Origin: Moniliella sp. 'wahieum'
Lineage: Eukaryota
Assembly (NCBI GenBank): GCA_003971905.1
Contig: RSEE01000053.1
Coordinates: 124,001-188,000 of the forward strand
Direction: 5' to 3'
Length of the DNA stretch: 64,000 nucleotides
The stretch's first letter is position 1. The number at the start of each line of letters is the position of its first letter. This document shows positions 38,870 through 51,132 of this stretch, piece after piece. The notes under the pieces were generated by a model. The model was given only the letters and a program-made list of their open reading frames with translations. It ran no database searches and had not been told where the DNA came from. Made by a program: the position numbers and the translations under genes.

Positions 38870-40540
38870 GTGCCGTTGTATCGGGCTGGAGTGGACAGAC
38901 CAGTTTTTATTCGTTTTTGGCTCTTTGCCCAGACTCCCTACATCATCGGTAACTACTGCCGCAAGAGCGTAGATGGTCTGTCTGGCGTCTTTGTGGCACA
39001 GTGGACTGCGATGTGCTTAATCTGTACGTTTCTTCTTGTGCGATCAGAGGGCTTAGTTGACGCTAACATTGGCGACAGGATCGGCTCGCTGGCTCACCCA
39101 CCAGCCCCCATTCCCCATTGCAGTAGCCACACTTACTTTTGCAGCATTGATCTCTACATCGTGGTTCAGTCCGTTTAGTACATCCTGATCTATCGCTGCC
39201 CGCAGGTTGCTACGCCCCAAATCCAACAGGCAACTGGGTGATACGGGCCACGCAGAAGACCTCGTCTCCGTGACAATGGTCATGGCGCCTGGGGCAAATC
39301 TCGTTCCCGCCAGCCTCATCTTTGGAACCTAAATTTGGTTCCATCGCCTTTTTACCGAGCAGGATCCAGTCTAATCGATTCGCACGATGGAACAACTTGT
39401 GAACCACGATTTCGAAGAGGCTACTCCCCAAGACGAACCGAATCGTCATACCCAATCCGGCGCGCGTGCTCTCCATTGGGTGATGGGACAAAAGCAGGAC
39501 AAGAGATTGGACGTGTGGAACGAGATAGGGGACGAGGACGATGAGGACGACGCGGGTCGGGGTCAGGGAATAACTCGAACCGCAACAATTGTGGCGTGTC
39601 TCGCCACGATCGCATCTTGGCTCAAGATCCGGCTCAGATCAGCCCAGCGATTCGCCGATCGCAACCTGCTCGGCGTCTCCCTCTTCATGGGAGGCCGCAC
39701 TCATGGAGCAGAGCCAAATTGTGTTTCCGACCCAAGTGACAGAGGCGGTGAAGAGGTCCTCTCCGCACTTCCTGGCTGCCTTCAATCCAGGTGAGGCACT
39801 TTGGAGAGAGATGGTCATGGGCGCTCGCGGCCAAGGCATATATCTCGTTCAACAGGCCCTTCCATGTTTTGCTCCTGGTGGGTGTTCTTTTTACTGTCTG
39901 ATCCTGGGCCAGTGCTGGCCCGTCCCCTTCTCATTCGGCCATCTTTCTTGGCACAGCCTCGAAACCCATCGCCATGGAGGGGCCCATGTTCATTTGTTCT
40001 CTTCCTCCTCTTCCCGCACAGGACCGGACGCTGGAACATATGTGTGGTCGCATGTCGGCGTGATTTTTGCATTCTGCTGTACTTGACCAGCCGATTGCCT
40101 CAGATCTAGGTCAAAACGTAACCTGTGCTTCCATTGCAGCTTGGAGCATCCTCCTCTTCTTTTCTGTGTTTCTCGGCAACAGTCTTTATAACCTGGCTCC
40201 GTCAGGGCCGAACGGCCGAGCCTACTTGTAAAAGTGGCTACCTTTCCTGTTGGGTTCGGGTGGGACACTGATCTTTGACCTGATTATTGTGGTCCAGTGG
40301 ATTGCTTGGCGAAGAAAACAGCTACATCCGATTATGTATGTCCAAGAGACTACCTCGCACCACGCTTCTACATCGCGCGAGCTCCTCCTGACCTTGCTCT
40401 TTCGCACCAGCGCCTCATGCCGTGTCCTTCACCCTCAGATGGCGAGCACCGATATGCACGGCATCGTTCTCGCTCAATCCGCCGCAGCACACGCGGCCGC
40501 AGCGCCTCTGTCCCTCGATCATCATCTCGTCCGCCATTAG
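38870..40540 (+). pseudogene. PQ-loop vacuolar cationic amino-acid transporter (Ypq/Rtc2-like), apparently degenerate
   Basis: WLFAQTPYIIGNYCRKSVDGLS, LTHQPPF..YFCSID, LYLTSRLPQI*, LGSGGTLIFDLIIVVQ. In-frame TAG stops, altered first PQ motif, no clean start found. Confidence 0.6.
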
Positions 40541-41062
40541 AACCAGTCCAGGCCAGCGGAACATGCCTGTGTCTTTGGTAGTACCCAACCCGTCGGGAAC
40601 ATCTTTTCCTCGTGAAAAGTCTTCGGCGTAATCATCTTAGCCTCCCCTCTCTGCATTGTCTTGTCCCTTCTGGCTTGGCCGATCATTCGTCATGTCTATG
40701 TTCAAGCTAACATATCTACTTGTTGGTGAGCTTGAAAAGCAACCAGACTTGTGGTAGGCGAGCAGGATGCACAGGGTAGAGTTACATAGGGATTCCTAGG
40801 CATGCCAACCATCACGTGTCTTTGGAGAGCGGAATGGTCACATGTGGTGGAAGGCATGGCTTGCAGGGTCGTGAGTGAAGAGATATCTTGATCATCTCGG
40901 GAGACGTCCCGGAGCGTCAGTGGATCAGCACAGTCATCTTGCATAGTGACTGATTTGCGGATTTGTGCCCGCAAAAACGCGCTTGGGGACGGTGGTGCTC
41001 AACATTATGGCGTGGGGGTGCAAGAGCAACGCTGAGCCGAAGGGGAACACAAGTGCCATCCC

Positions 41063-41347
41063 CTACAAGGCGGCATGTGGCAGGCGGCGCACCGCGGCGT
41101 AGTGGCGATGCTGGAGAACATGGCGTATCGGGACTTGTGTGTACAGCCGACGTCCTGGACGGTAGGGGGCGGGGCCTCGGCAGCGTCCATCTGGAGCGCG
41201 ATCTTGCACTCGGCTGCGAGGCGGCGAAGGAAGGGACATAGGCAAGCATGACGGCCAGTCGATGCGCGCGCCCATGCGATACCCTTCGGAGAGCGGGGCA
41301 CGAAGCTTACGGCGCAGGAGCGCACGCGGGTATCCACGCAGCGACAT
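41063..41347 (-). CDS. Small histone-fold protein, CENP-W-like
   Basis: Joining frames across two 1-bp indels gives MSLRGYPRALLRRKLRA..RMGARIDLAVMLAYVPFLRRLAAECKIA, resembling fungal CENP-W (YPRxxxxxxxKA..D..I.L.Y..F...L..E). Confidence 0.5.
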   Translation of the reverse strand: MSLRGYPRALLRRKLRAPLSEGYRMGARIDWPSCLPMSLPSPPRSRVQDRAPDGRCRGPAPYRPGRRLYTQVPIRHVLQHRHYAAVRRLPHAAL

Positions 41348-41973
41348 GTTGAGCCAGTCGGTAGTGGTGAGCGTCGGGCAGGTAGCTGTTGCCTCGTTGG
41401 ACGCGTCTGTCCTGTGTCGATGTGCCGGCACCACCAGGGCAGCAGCACACGTGACCCGAGGCGGGCGGGGTCGGTGCAACATAGCAGCTGGCTTTCCTAC
41501 AGCTGACGTGTAAGGTGAAACATTTCAAATGCAGCACCCTATCGCATACCAAGGCCCTGGGCCCATGATGTTAACGCTAGCATTGGCATTGCCTCGGCAT
41601 CATGTCATCGGGATGCGATGATGGGATCTGAGATCGAGGCATGTGTGGGGCTTGTGTTTGTGAGGTGACGTCAACAAATGTCGGCCTGCATGTGACACAT
41701 GCACGACGCAACCCCGGGCGCTGACTCATACTGGCGCTGTGTGCCATGCATGGATGCAGGGATCGGGCTTAGTAAACACACTGGGCTTCTGCCCGCCTGC
41801 AAGGTGTGCCTCCAGCGAAGGTGCCTCCTCTGTGATCCGTGCGCTGTCCGTGCACGACCCACCCCACCCAGCCACGGCCACGTCCTGCCTATAACAGACT
41901 GCCAGCCCTCGCTTCTCGCGTCTCTCACCACCACCACCTTGACGTGCTCTCACTCGCACCCCTTGTTACCACC

Positions 41974-42711
41974 ATGATCGGAACCACCCTTTCGCGCATT
42001 GCCGTCCGCGCTGCTCGCACCGCCATTCCTACCGGCGTGCGTGCCAAGCACACCCTCCCCGACCTTGACTACGACTTTGGCGCGCTTGAGCCCTTCATCA
42101 GTGCGGAAATCATGCAGACGCACCACAACAAGCACCACCAGACTTATGTGACCAACCTCAATGTGGCCGAGGAGAAGCTGCAGGACGCGGTAGCCAAGAA
42201 CGACATTGGGCGACAATCGCGCTGCAAAGTGCGCTCAACTTCAATGGTGGTGGACACATTAACCACTCGCTGTTCTGGAAGAACCTGGCGCCTGCAGGCA
42301 AGGGCGTGGAGAGCTTCCCGAGGGCGGCAAGTTGGCTACGGCGATCAGCAAGGACTTTGGCTCGCTCGACAACCTCAAGACCAAATTCAACGCTGCCCTT
42401 GCTGGTATTCAGGGCTCGGGCTGGGGCTGGCTGGGGTACAACAAGGCTACGGGCGAACTGGAGATCGTTACGACTGCCAACCAGGACCCCCTGTTGACAC
42501 ATCCCCCTGGTCGGTATTGACGCATGGGAGCACGCTTACTACCTCCAGTACAAGAACGTCAAGGCTGACTACTTTAAGGCGATTTGGTACGTCTCCCTAT
42601 CCATTCCCATCCTGGTCTCCTTGCGTGGCCGGCAACCAGTACTGACGCTAGATATGTTACAGGAACGTTGTCAATTGGAAGGAAGCCGAGGCTCGTCTCA
42701 CGTCGGCCTAA
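41974..42711 (+). CDS. SOD2: Mitochondrial Mn superoxide dismutase
   Basis: Presequence, [66 protein letters not shown]. Intron ~42587-42662, stop TAA 42709-42711. Confidence 0.97.
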
Positions 42712-42938
42712 CTCGTCCTTTCACACAACCTCCTCGTCGATTGGCTGCATGCGAATGTCGCGCCCATGAATAATGCACTTTTCCCTATAATTAGTGTGGG
42801 CTATAAACGCTCGTGACACATCTGGATGGGATTTGTGGAGCTACTCATTATTAGGGTGCAGTAGACCGAGCACAGAATGCTATTTTGGCGGTGTTGCGAG
42901 AAGTCACAAAAAATAAAAAGAAGGACGCCCTGTCGGGT

Positions 42939-43020
42939 CGAACGACGCAGGGGTCGAACCTGCAACCTCCTGATTACAACGAATTCGTAGTCAGACGCGC
43001 TACCATTGCGCCAGCCGTCC
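42939..43020 (-). tRNA. tRNA-Arg(ACG) with 10-nt intron
   Basis: Acceptor GGACGGC/GTCGTTC+G, D-arm GCGC-AATGGTA-GCGC, anticodon arm TCTGA-CT ACG A[ATTCGTTGTA]A-TCAGG, T-loop TTCGACC, downstream T-runs. Confidence 0.93.
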
Positions 43021-43218
43021 TTGTTCATGCGGACTCGGGAGATACGGAACCCTCAGAAGGTATCGTTGAAATGGAGAAATGTGTTTCCGCTCCGTGCAAA
43101 CTCCGCTGGTCTTACTAGGCGCAGTGGGTCTGTGTCTGTGCGGGATCAACGATCCCACTGCCGGCTCGCCCACACCCGCTTTCACCCTCACCTCCTATCC
43201 TTCCCAACCATTACAATC

Positions 43219-43757
43219 ATGGAACCCCAAACGAAGCCCACGCAGTATGTACCCCCGTCCCCGTCCCCGTCCCCGTCCCCGTCCCCGTCCCCCCCTCCCC
43301 GTCCCCGCCCCCAATCCCGTCTAGCATTCGGATGCCGTACTTACCTTATGACGTGGCAGTCCGCCCAAGGACGACCCCATCTCGGTCGCCGAGCTGGCCA
43401 AGTACAATGGCACCGACGACAGTTTGCCTGTGTACGTGGCAGTGAAGGGGGTGGTGTTTGATGTGTCGCCGCGGAGGGAGATGTATCAGCAGGCAAGGGG
43501 TACAGTGTGTTTGCCGGCAAGGACGCTAGCGCCGCGTTGGGGAAATCGTCCCTGAAGCCCGAGGATGCAATTGCCGATTATTCGCACCTGACCGAGAAGG
43601 AACTCAAAGTGCTGAACGACTGGTTTGCCTATTATTCTAAAGTGCGTCCCCCTTTCTCTTGTTGTCTGGTTAACTGGAACTAAATTGACCGAGTTCCATA
43701 ATCCTTTTTCTCATCTTGCTTCAGAGGTACAACATCGTCGGCAAGGTTGTGCCTTGA
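43219..43757 (+). CDS. Cytochrome b5-like heme/steroid-binding protein (MAPR family)
   Basis: ELAKYNGTDDSLPVYVAVKGVVFDVS..YSVFAGKDASAALGKSSL..LNDWFAYYSK|RYNIVGKV. Two introns (~43245-43358, ~43641-43724). Confidence 0.93.
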
Positions 43758-43966
43758 CCCATTTAGCTCTTGCCCCCTCCCCCTAACCCATTATGGTTCT
43801 GGTGATCTACGGGGATAAGCCCTTGGTTCTGAATGAGCGTGGCCCATACCCTCTGTCTTGAGATAGCCAGGTAGTATAAGATTGCCTCTTTCCATAGGAT
43901 GCTGCTTATCCTCCCATCATCGGTACACACGATGGTGCTGACAAACGCGCAAACTCACGGTCGGTC

Positions 43967-45593
43967 CTATGCGTATCTAGCTAGTGCGGCGACGTTTGGG
44001 CATTTGTGTCCGCCAGAGGAAAGATGGGGAAAATAAGGCATGGCAATGACAGGTGGAAAACACTTGGGGACAGGGAACAGTAACAAAGGAACTCGATCGA
44101 GATAACAAGGAGAGAGAGGGAAAGTCGATGAGAGAAGTGACTTATATGATAGTCCAAATGCCAAATAAAGTTCAAGTAGTGTCTGTGTGGAGCGGTTCCA
44201 TGCTTATTACAAGGGAGAGAGGCTGCTCGACGGCAACGCCGGAGACTGACGGCGACTCGACCCTTGTAGAAGGAACCGAAGAATAGGGAGAGGGGAAGGA
44301 GAGGGGAGTGGAACAAGGAACACAGAGAAAGGGAGTTGCCCGATGGGAAGGTGTAAGCATGTCTGCTCAACGACACAAGTCGGAGCCTGATAGCTGCCAA
44401 AAACACCGTGCGGGGTACCCATGCTCATCAGGTTCAGTCGACTGGATTGGGTCCAGCTCGTGAACGAGGTAGAGTTCTCTGGGCTCGAGGTCGAAAGAGG
44501 ATTTGGTAAACTAGAAATGAGGGAAGGGGGCTGGGCTGGGCAAATGGTCAGTTTCAGAAAATCCAAAGACAAGAGGATGCATACCCAATTACTGAGACTT
44601 GACACCCCGTTTCCTCGAGGGGGAGGCAAAGTCACCCGCATGGCTGGGTAAGAAGCCAAGATGAGTGATTTGTGCTCAGGCGTGAGCACCTCCTTCTTGA
44701 TATGCACGTTCTTGATATGACGGTGCATGTCCGCCCTGCGATGCGATGCATGAGGACAGTGGACTAGAGGGCAGGAAAATTCCTTGATGCAAGTGGGGTC
44801 GTGGGTTTTGAGGTGCTCGCGCAAATTGTAGGCACGATCAAATACTAGAGGACATTGGTCGCACTTGTACATCCTCGGACCCGCTGGGATGATGTACGGC
44901 GCTACGTTGATGTCAGACGCGTTGGATCGACGGGAGCGGCGCTGAGGGCCGGTGCTGGAGATTTGAGATGAGGCGGACGGCGACGATGGTTCCCCATTGG
45001 GCGTTCTCCAGCTCCATCAGGCCCTGAAGAGACTTCACAGGAATACTCCGGTCAAGTCCAGGGCGCGAAGCATTACATACTCCAGCATCGACGAAGCCGG
45101 GAGGCCATGGGCGGCCATTCCGCGCAAGTTGGCACATGCCGTTTCAAAATCTTGCTCCTTGTTATGCTGAACAGCGGGGAATGAGGGTAGCTTGGCTCGA
45201 CGGCATGAGCACAGGGGCTGCGGGAGCAAAGGAGAATGCGTCCAGGTTTGACATGAGGTCATCCATCGGGGCCGGAGCGGCATCAGGGCAGATGCGTCCA
45301 CAGGGGAGAACCATGAGGATAGACTCTCGGCATCGCGTCACCGAGGCTGCGCGTTCCGGCGCGTCAAAGAAGCAGGGCTTGAGGCAAATGATGGGTCACT
45401 GAAGGGTGAGAGAGTATCGGGGTTGGGACCACTGAAATGGGATCGGGCTGGACAGCTGGCGCAGGGGCTGCGCGGGAGGGAAGCCCAAGATGGCATCGGC
45501 GATGGTGAGGGTGTGTCTCGCTTGCTCGTCAGGAGAGCGGTAAGGGAGAGGTCGAGGGGGCATGGAAGGGGAGGCGGGGAAGGCGGAGGACAT
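43967..45593 (-). CDS. C2H2 zinc-finger protein (two fingers)
   Basis: YKCDQCPLVFDRAYNLREHLKTH..FSCPLVHCPHASHRRADMHRHIKNVH at ~44700-44872. Outer limits inferred from flanking ORFs. Confidence 0.8.
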
Positions 45594-46535
45594 GTGGTAG
45601 GGTGGAAGCGGAGGTGAAGTGGAAGTGAAGTGGAAGTGGGAGTGGAATGGGAGGGGGAGGGACGTTGGTGTTGGTCAGTTGGAAAGGGCAGGAGTGCAAA
45701 GGGGCATGACACGGTACCTACTTAACCAGCGCCTCGTAACTCCGAGGACAGCTGACAGGCCAGCCGGCTGCTCGGCTGCGCAGCACAAAGCTTACTACCA
45801 CTGCTGCGCAGCGGAATTGCAAGCTGCCCCTGTGCCGGAGACAGGCGGCTGCGACAGAAGGCGCACCTAGCGTTGCCACCAAGGTTGCGCCAAGCCAGCC
45901 GAGGCTTGCGTGTCACGTGATAGATCATCGATTAGGCGTGATGCATGATGCATGCCACAAATTCCGCCGTTCCAGCTCCCTAGTCCCTCCGTCTCAGGCC
46001 TCTGTCACATAGTCGGCTCGCGCTCAGGGCGGCCCTCTGGCCTGAGGTCAGGCCTGACATGCTGACAGGCCTCAGGCTGCCTCAGGTTACCATCGATGCC
46101 GGGCACCCAGATGAGGAGCTTCTGTTGCCACTCTGTGACCGACCACCACCATGTCATCCGATGGAGATGTTGTAAAGATCGAGGAAAACCCTTGACCACA
46201 AACAGGCACGGAAAAAGGATGGCAATCTATGGCGTTAAGAAAAAGACGAATAAAGTAAGGGGAAGGCAGGAAAGTGCGCGCTCGGTGCGTTGCATCGGTC
46301 GCCTCAGCGGCCTGAGGCCCTCTCAGAGTCCAATCATTGATTGAAGGCCACGAACGCAGGTGGAGGCGGCTTGGCAAACTATCCCCGTTGTCACAATAGT
46401 AGGGCCGCAGGCGGGCGCAGCTAACGAGCAGGACAAATTCAGCCAGGAGAACACTTGACTTTTCCTTGAGCAAATGATAAAATTCATTCGCCTCATAGGT
46501 GCACACGATGGACCAGCACTGCATCACGCCCCTTT

Positions 46536-47800
46536 CTAGTCCTCCTCGTCCGCCTCGATGTCCCCGACCTCGAACGGCTGTGATGGGCAACGGGGCACGC
46601 GTTGCCTTCTTGCCTGCATCCTCATCGTCCGACATATCAGCTGGAAGCAGCTCCAGCTCCTCTTCCACGGCACGTGGAGGCAAAGAGGCGTGGGGGACGT
46701 GAGAGGTCGTAGCAGAGGGAGATGGAGAGGTGGAAGGAGGAGGAGGGGCATGGTTACCTTGTTCAGCCGCCAATGCTGCGTCGTCGGCCAAAGTTTGCGG
46801 ATAGAAGAAGTAGGCTTGGGCACAGATAGCCAGGTCGACTGCCAATTGGATCAGGGCAAAGCAGGTGAACTGGAGTGGTGTGTTCCGCACAATGTAATAG
46901 ACTGATTTGAACAAATCGCCGAACGTCCATCCAGCCAAGACAGACAGTTGGAAACCCGACAAAGACCGGCGACGCTGGTTGATCCAAAGCTGTGGGATGG
47001 GCAGCAAGGCCTCCACTCCCATTGCCCAAGTTCCTAGAATGGAATTGTACGTTTGGGACCAGCCCAGGCAGAGCTGCAATACCCCCATGACAATCAAGTA
47101 CCCCGCGAAGACAAACACATATCTGAGCCAGAGAAAACAGGTTAGCCTTCTTATTGGACCCATTCGCACGACTCTTTACTCACGTCGAGAACTCGGGCCA
47201 GTTCCAAAAATTAAAGGGACGGGATGAAGAGGTAGAAGACTGGAGCGACTGAATCCCCAGCTGCGGCAGATTCGCCAGTCTTCTGCCCGCATCGCGCAGA
47301 GCTTCCCCTGACGATGACAAGAAGGAAGCAAAATCGTCCAACCCAGGCCGATGCGAGGGTGCGTGGTAGCCTTCCTCACCCATATCCTCTGGAGGAGGAT
47401 CCACTCGGAATTGGAATCGGGGCACAGCGGGTACAGCGGGGCGCCCAGTGCCGGGTGCATTGGTGTCATTCGCATCAAAGACCACCGCTCCAGGCTGATC
47501 GGAGGAAGAGACGCTGAAGGCCGAGCTGGCAAACGAGCCCGAGCGAAACTTGATGCACAGATGCAATAGAAAGAGCTGGGCGACGATCATAAAGAGCGCT
47601 TGGACCAGCAGAGCCAGCTCATAGTGCACCCCGAACCACCAGAGCACCCGCGCGCCATTTGCGAACAGCAGCACGCCGCACACCTCCTTGGCAAAGCCGC
47701 GGCTGTCGCGGCGCTGTTGGATACGCCACGCCTGCTCAGCGTAGACAAGCGGGGGGCACACTGCCAGTCCCACGACCGCGGCCACCTCGAGCAGTGTCAT
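46536..47800 (-). CDS. PQ-loop protein, Any1/PQLC1-like
   Basis: PPLVYAEQ..DSRGFAKEVCGVLLFANGARVLWWFG, RPFNFWNW, EALLPIPQLWINQRRRSLSGF..GWTFGDLFK. Intron gtgagt..ctaac..cag ~47123-47183. Confidence 0.9.
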
Positions 47801-48042
47801 GCTTGCGCGGCGCACGTACGGATGTGGATGTGGTTGTGGTGCTGGTCCAAGCCTGTTCCTTGGCTACCTTCAGGGACTAGTGACTTGACTTGAAGCATGA
47901 CTGCCGCCGGTCACCAGTCCTGGTATCTCTCAGAGCCTGGGCCAGTCGGGAATGCACGTTAGCAGTCGGTGCAACATGGACCGAGCTGTGGCCGGAACGT
48001 CGGGTTGAAATCGCAACTACCCGGCCGCATCCCATCGCACAG

Positions 48043-49631
48043 ATGACGTCATCCGTCCTGGGCAGGAGACGCACGAGTGGCCGAGGCCGTCCTGGTGATC
48101 CACCCATTCGTCTGCCCTGTCCCCTTCCTCTTCTCTCGCCGCAGAACGCAGCCCCATGGACCCCCCAGGCCCTCCGTTGGCGCTGGACCATCTCCTCCAC
48201 GAGACCCTTGCTCTCCGGCCTCCATCTCCCTCGCCGCCTTCTCCATCGGCATGGGAGGCCATTGCGCTCACGGAGACGCGGCAGTACACGCAAGATATCC
48301 TGGATGATGGCGAGCTGGCGCGCCGCTTGCGGCACCAATGGGATACGTGGTCCCAAACCCCGCCCACATTGCTGCCCGTGAGAAGCGCACGCGGTATCGT
48401 GACCGTAAGCGCCAAAAGACCGCGCCTCGTACCAACCCATAGCTGACGAACCCCAGCCGGGCCCTACCGCCCTCCTCGCTCGCAATCCACACTGGGAGGA
48501 GATGGAGGCGCGCTTGCCCAGTGCCTTTCGCTTTGGCGAGTATGAATTGCCACCGGGCACCCAGGAAGGAACAACTGTGATCCGGCAGTATGCCCATCGC
48601 ATCCAGCCTCACGAGCAAAACGTGCTATACCAGCCCACGCCTACCGAATCGATCCTCAGTGTGGGACAACGCGTATGGGACGAACGTGCACGGCTGGTCC
48701 CCAGCAATAGCAAGCCCGATTGGTGCGTCACAGTTGACATATATTCGTCCCTCCCCACTCCCTTTTCACGTGGATACTACCGCGGCCGATCCGCCCGGCC
48801 ATCTCGCACCCAGCCCCAGCCACACTCTCCATCCCCCCCGCCTCGGACCCTGACGTTGCCTCCACCACTTCCTCCTCCTCCGACTCAACCTCCGACTCGT
48901 CCAGTTCCAAGTCAGATGATGAGGTCGCCGAAAAAGCAGCTACCCCTCTGGCCCCCACTCAACATTCCCTGTTAGACGACTTAACTTTGACCAAACGCTC
49001 GAGCTGGATGCCTCCTCGCCCCTCTCGCTTCTTCGAGCAGCGGTGGTGTGTCGGTGGGATGATACACCAGAAGAAGAGGCTATTGATGGGGATGGCCTTC
49101 CTCACTACCGCCACCACTCTGCTCCGATCAAGCGGCGCTGCACATGGGGGATCAACTCTACTTTTCCGATCCCCAGAGCGCGTGGGCACGTACCCTGGCT
49201 GCCAGCTGCGAGGGGAACACAGCGTTCGCACGTCCTTGGAACGAAGTAACCCTGATATCGGTCCCAGGACTCCGGTTGGGGCAGCCCTACTGGCTTCGCC
49301 ATGCCACAAGCTGTACCCACCTCCTCATTTCCGAACGCTTCACTTGACCCACACCGCCCTGCCCCGCGCCACTACCACCTTCCTCTCGGTCGCTGCACTG
49401 CAGCGCCCTGTCATTTCCTACGCCCGGCCGGGGCCGGCACCGCTGCCTTATCGCGGAGGGAAGTGCAAGCTGTGCGACATGCGCTTTCCGCGCTACTTGC
49501 TATATGGGGGTGCACGGATCCATGTCGGGGGCAACCTATTGGTCTGCAGCGAGTGCCTCCTCAGTTTCCTAGGTCCTACGGCTCTGAGGTCCCAAGGCAA
49601 AGGGTGGACCGTGGTGCCCTTGCTGGAATAG
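48043..49631 (+). CDS. SNAPc subunit 3 (SNAP50)-like zinc protein
   Basis: LRLGQPYWLRHATSCTHLLI followed by CKLCDMRF...LLVCSECLL, matching the SNAP50 C-terminal pattern (G.PY...H...C.H; CxxC..CxxC). Frameshifted. Confidence 0.65.
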
Positions 49632-49652
49632 ACCGAGGCTCATAGCAATGCA

Positions 49653-51132
49653 TTAACGGTCCACCTCACCAAACACCAAGTCCATCGTCCAATGATGGCT
49701 ACCATGTCAGCGACATCGTGGTGACGCGAGATCATGTCGGCACCCGCAAGGTGGAGGAAACCGGGGGCACGGATGCGGCAGCGGTAAGGCCGGTTGGTCC
49801 CGTCCGAGACGAGGTAGACGCCCATCTCACCCTTGGGTGCCTCAATGGCCGCATACGTCTCGCCAGGGGGCACATTGAAGTTCTGGGAGAAGAACTTAAA
49901 GTGGTGAATCAGACTCTCCATGCTCTCCTTCATGTTGGCGCGGGGTGGAGCAGTGAGCTTGTGGTCGTCCACCTTGACCTGACCAGGGGGCATCTTGTTG
50001 ATACACTGCTCAATGATCCGTAGCGATTGCCGCATCTCCTCCACCCGGCAGAGGTAGCGATCAAAGCAGTCGCCATTCTTGCCGACCGGCACTTCGAAGT
50101 CCACCTCGTCAAACTTTTCGTACGGTTGACTCTTGCGAAGGTCCCATGGGATACCGCTTCCACGCAGCATGGCCCGCTGAAGCCATAGTTGAGGGCCTGG
50201 TCAGCCGTGACACGACCAATGCCCACCGTCCGCAATTGCCAGATACGGTTGCCCGTCACCACTTCCTCAACCTCATCAAGGCGCGAGCTAAACTGGGAGG
50301 CCCATACATGAATGTCATCCAGGAGACCGACCGGAAGGTCAAAAGCCACGCCGCCGGGGCGGAAGTAGGCTGCGTGCAGACGGGCACCACAGACACGCTC
50401 ATAAAACTCCATAAGCTTCTCACGTTCCTCGAAACCCCACAAGAAGGGCGTCACCCACGTCCATCACGTGGGACAGGACAGCCATCAAGTGGTTATTCAG
50501 TCGCGAGATTTCGGAGTACAGAGTGCGAATCCACTTGGCGCGCTCGGGAACCTCAATGTTGAGCAGCTTCTCCACCGCCCGGACGTAGCACAATTCGTTG
50601 GTCATGGCCGACGAGTAATCGAGACGGTCAAAGTAGGGCATGGCCTGCGTGTAGTTCTTGTACTCAATCAGCTTCTCTGTGCCGCGATGCAAGAGGCCCA
50701 CATGGGGGTCGGCACGAAGAATCTCTTCGCCATTGAGTTCGAGAATAAGACGCAGCACACCGTGAGCAGCAGGGTGCTGAGGGCCAAAGTTGATAGTAAA
50801 GTGGCGCATGTTGGCCTCTTTGCGCGAGCTCGCCTCCTTGTAGATCGCGTTCGACATCTCGATCGATGCACGCAGAACGATGCGGTCGCCATACGGGTCA
50901 TGCTCGACCTTGGTGGGGGTGGTGATTACGGGGATACGCTTGTCAAAAAACCCGTGCTCGAGGCGATGAGGGTTGGCGCTGCCGGGGGGGACCTCGTACT
51001 CGGGCAGATCCTCGGCATTCGCCGCGCGGACAGACGAGGCGAGGCCACGTGAGCCAAACAGACGCCGAAGGCAAGCGGGCCACGGGCAGGGGCAGCGGCA
51101 CGCAGGGCGCCGGCGAACACGTGGGGGCGCAT
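49653..51132 (-). CDS. NDUFS2: NADH:ubiquinone oxidoreductase 49 kDa subunit (complex I)
   Basis: [70 protein letters not shown], ends DLVFGEVDR*. No introns seen, frameshifts present. Confidence 0.97.

Noticed and set aside
38870..47800. Two PQ-loop genes as a tandem duplication or functional cluster
   Set aside because: Different subfamilies (Ypq vs Any1), no visible DNA similarity, unrelated genes in between.
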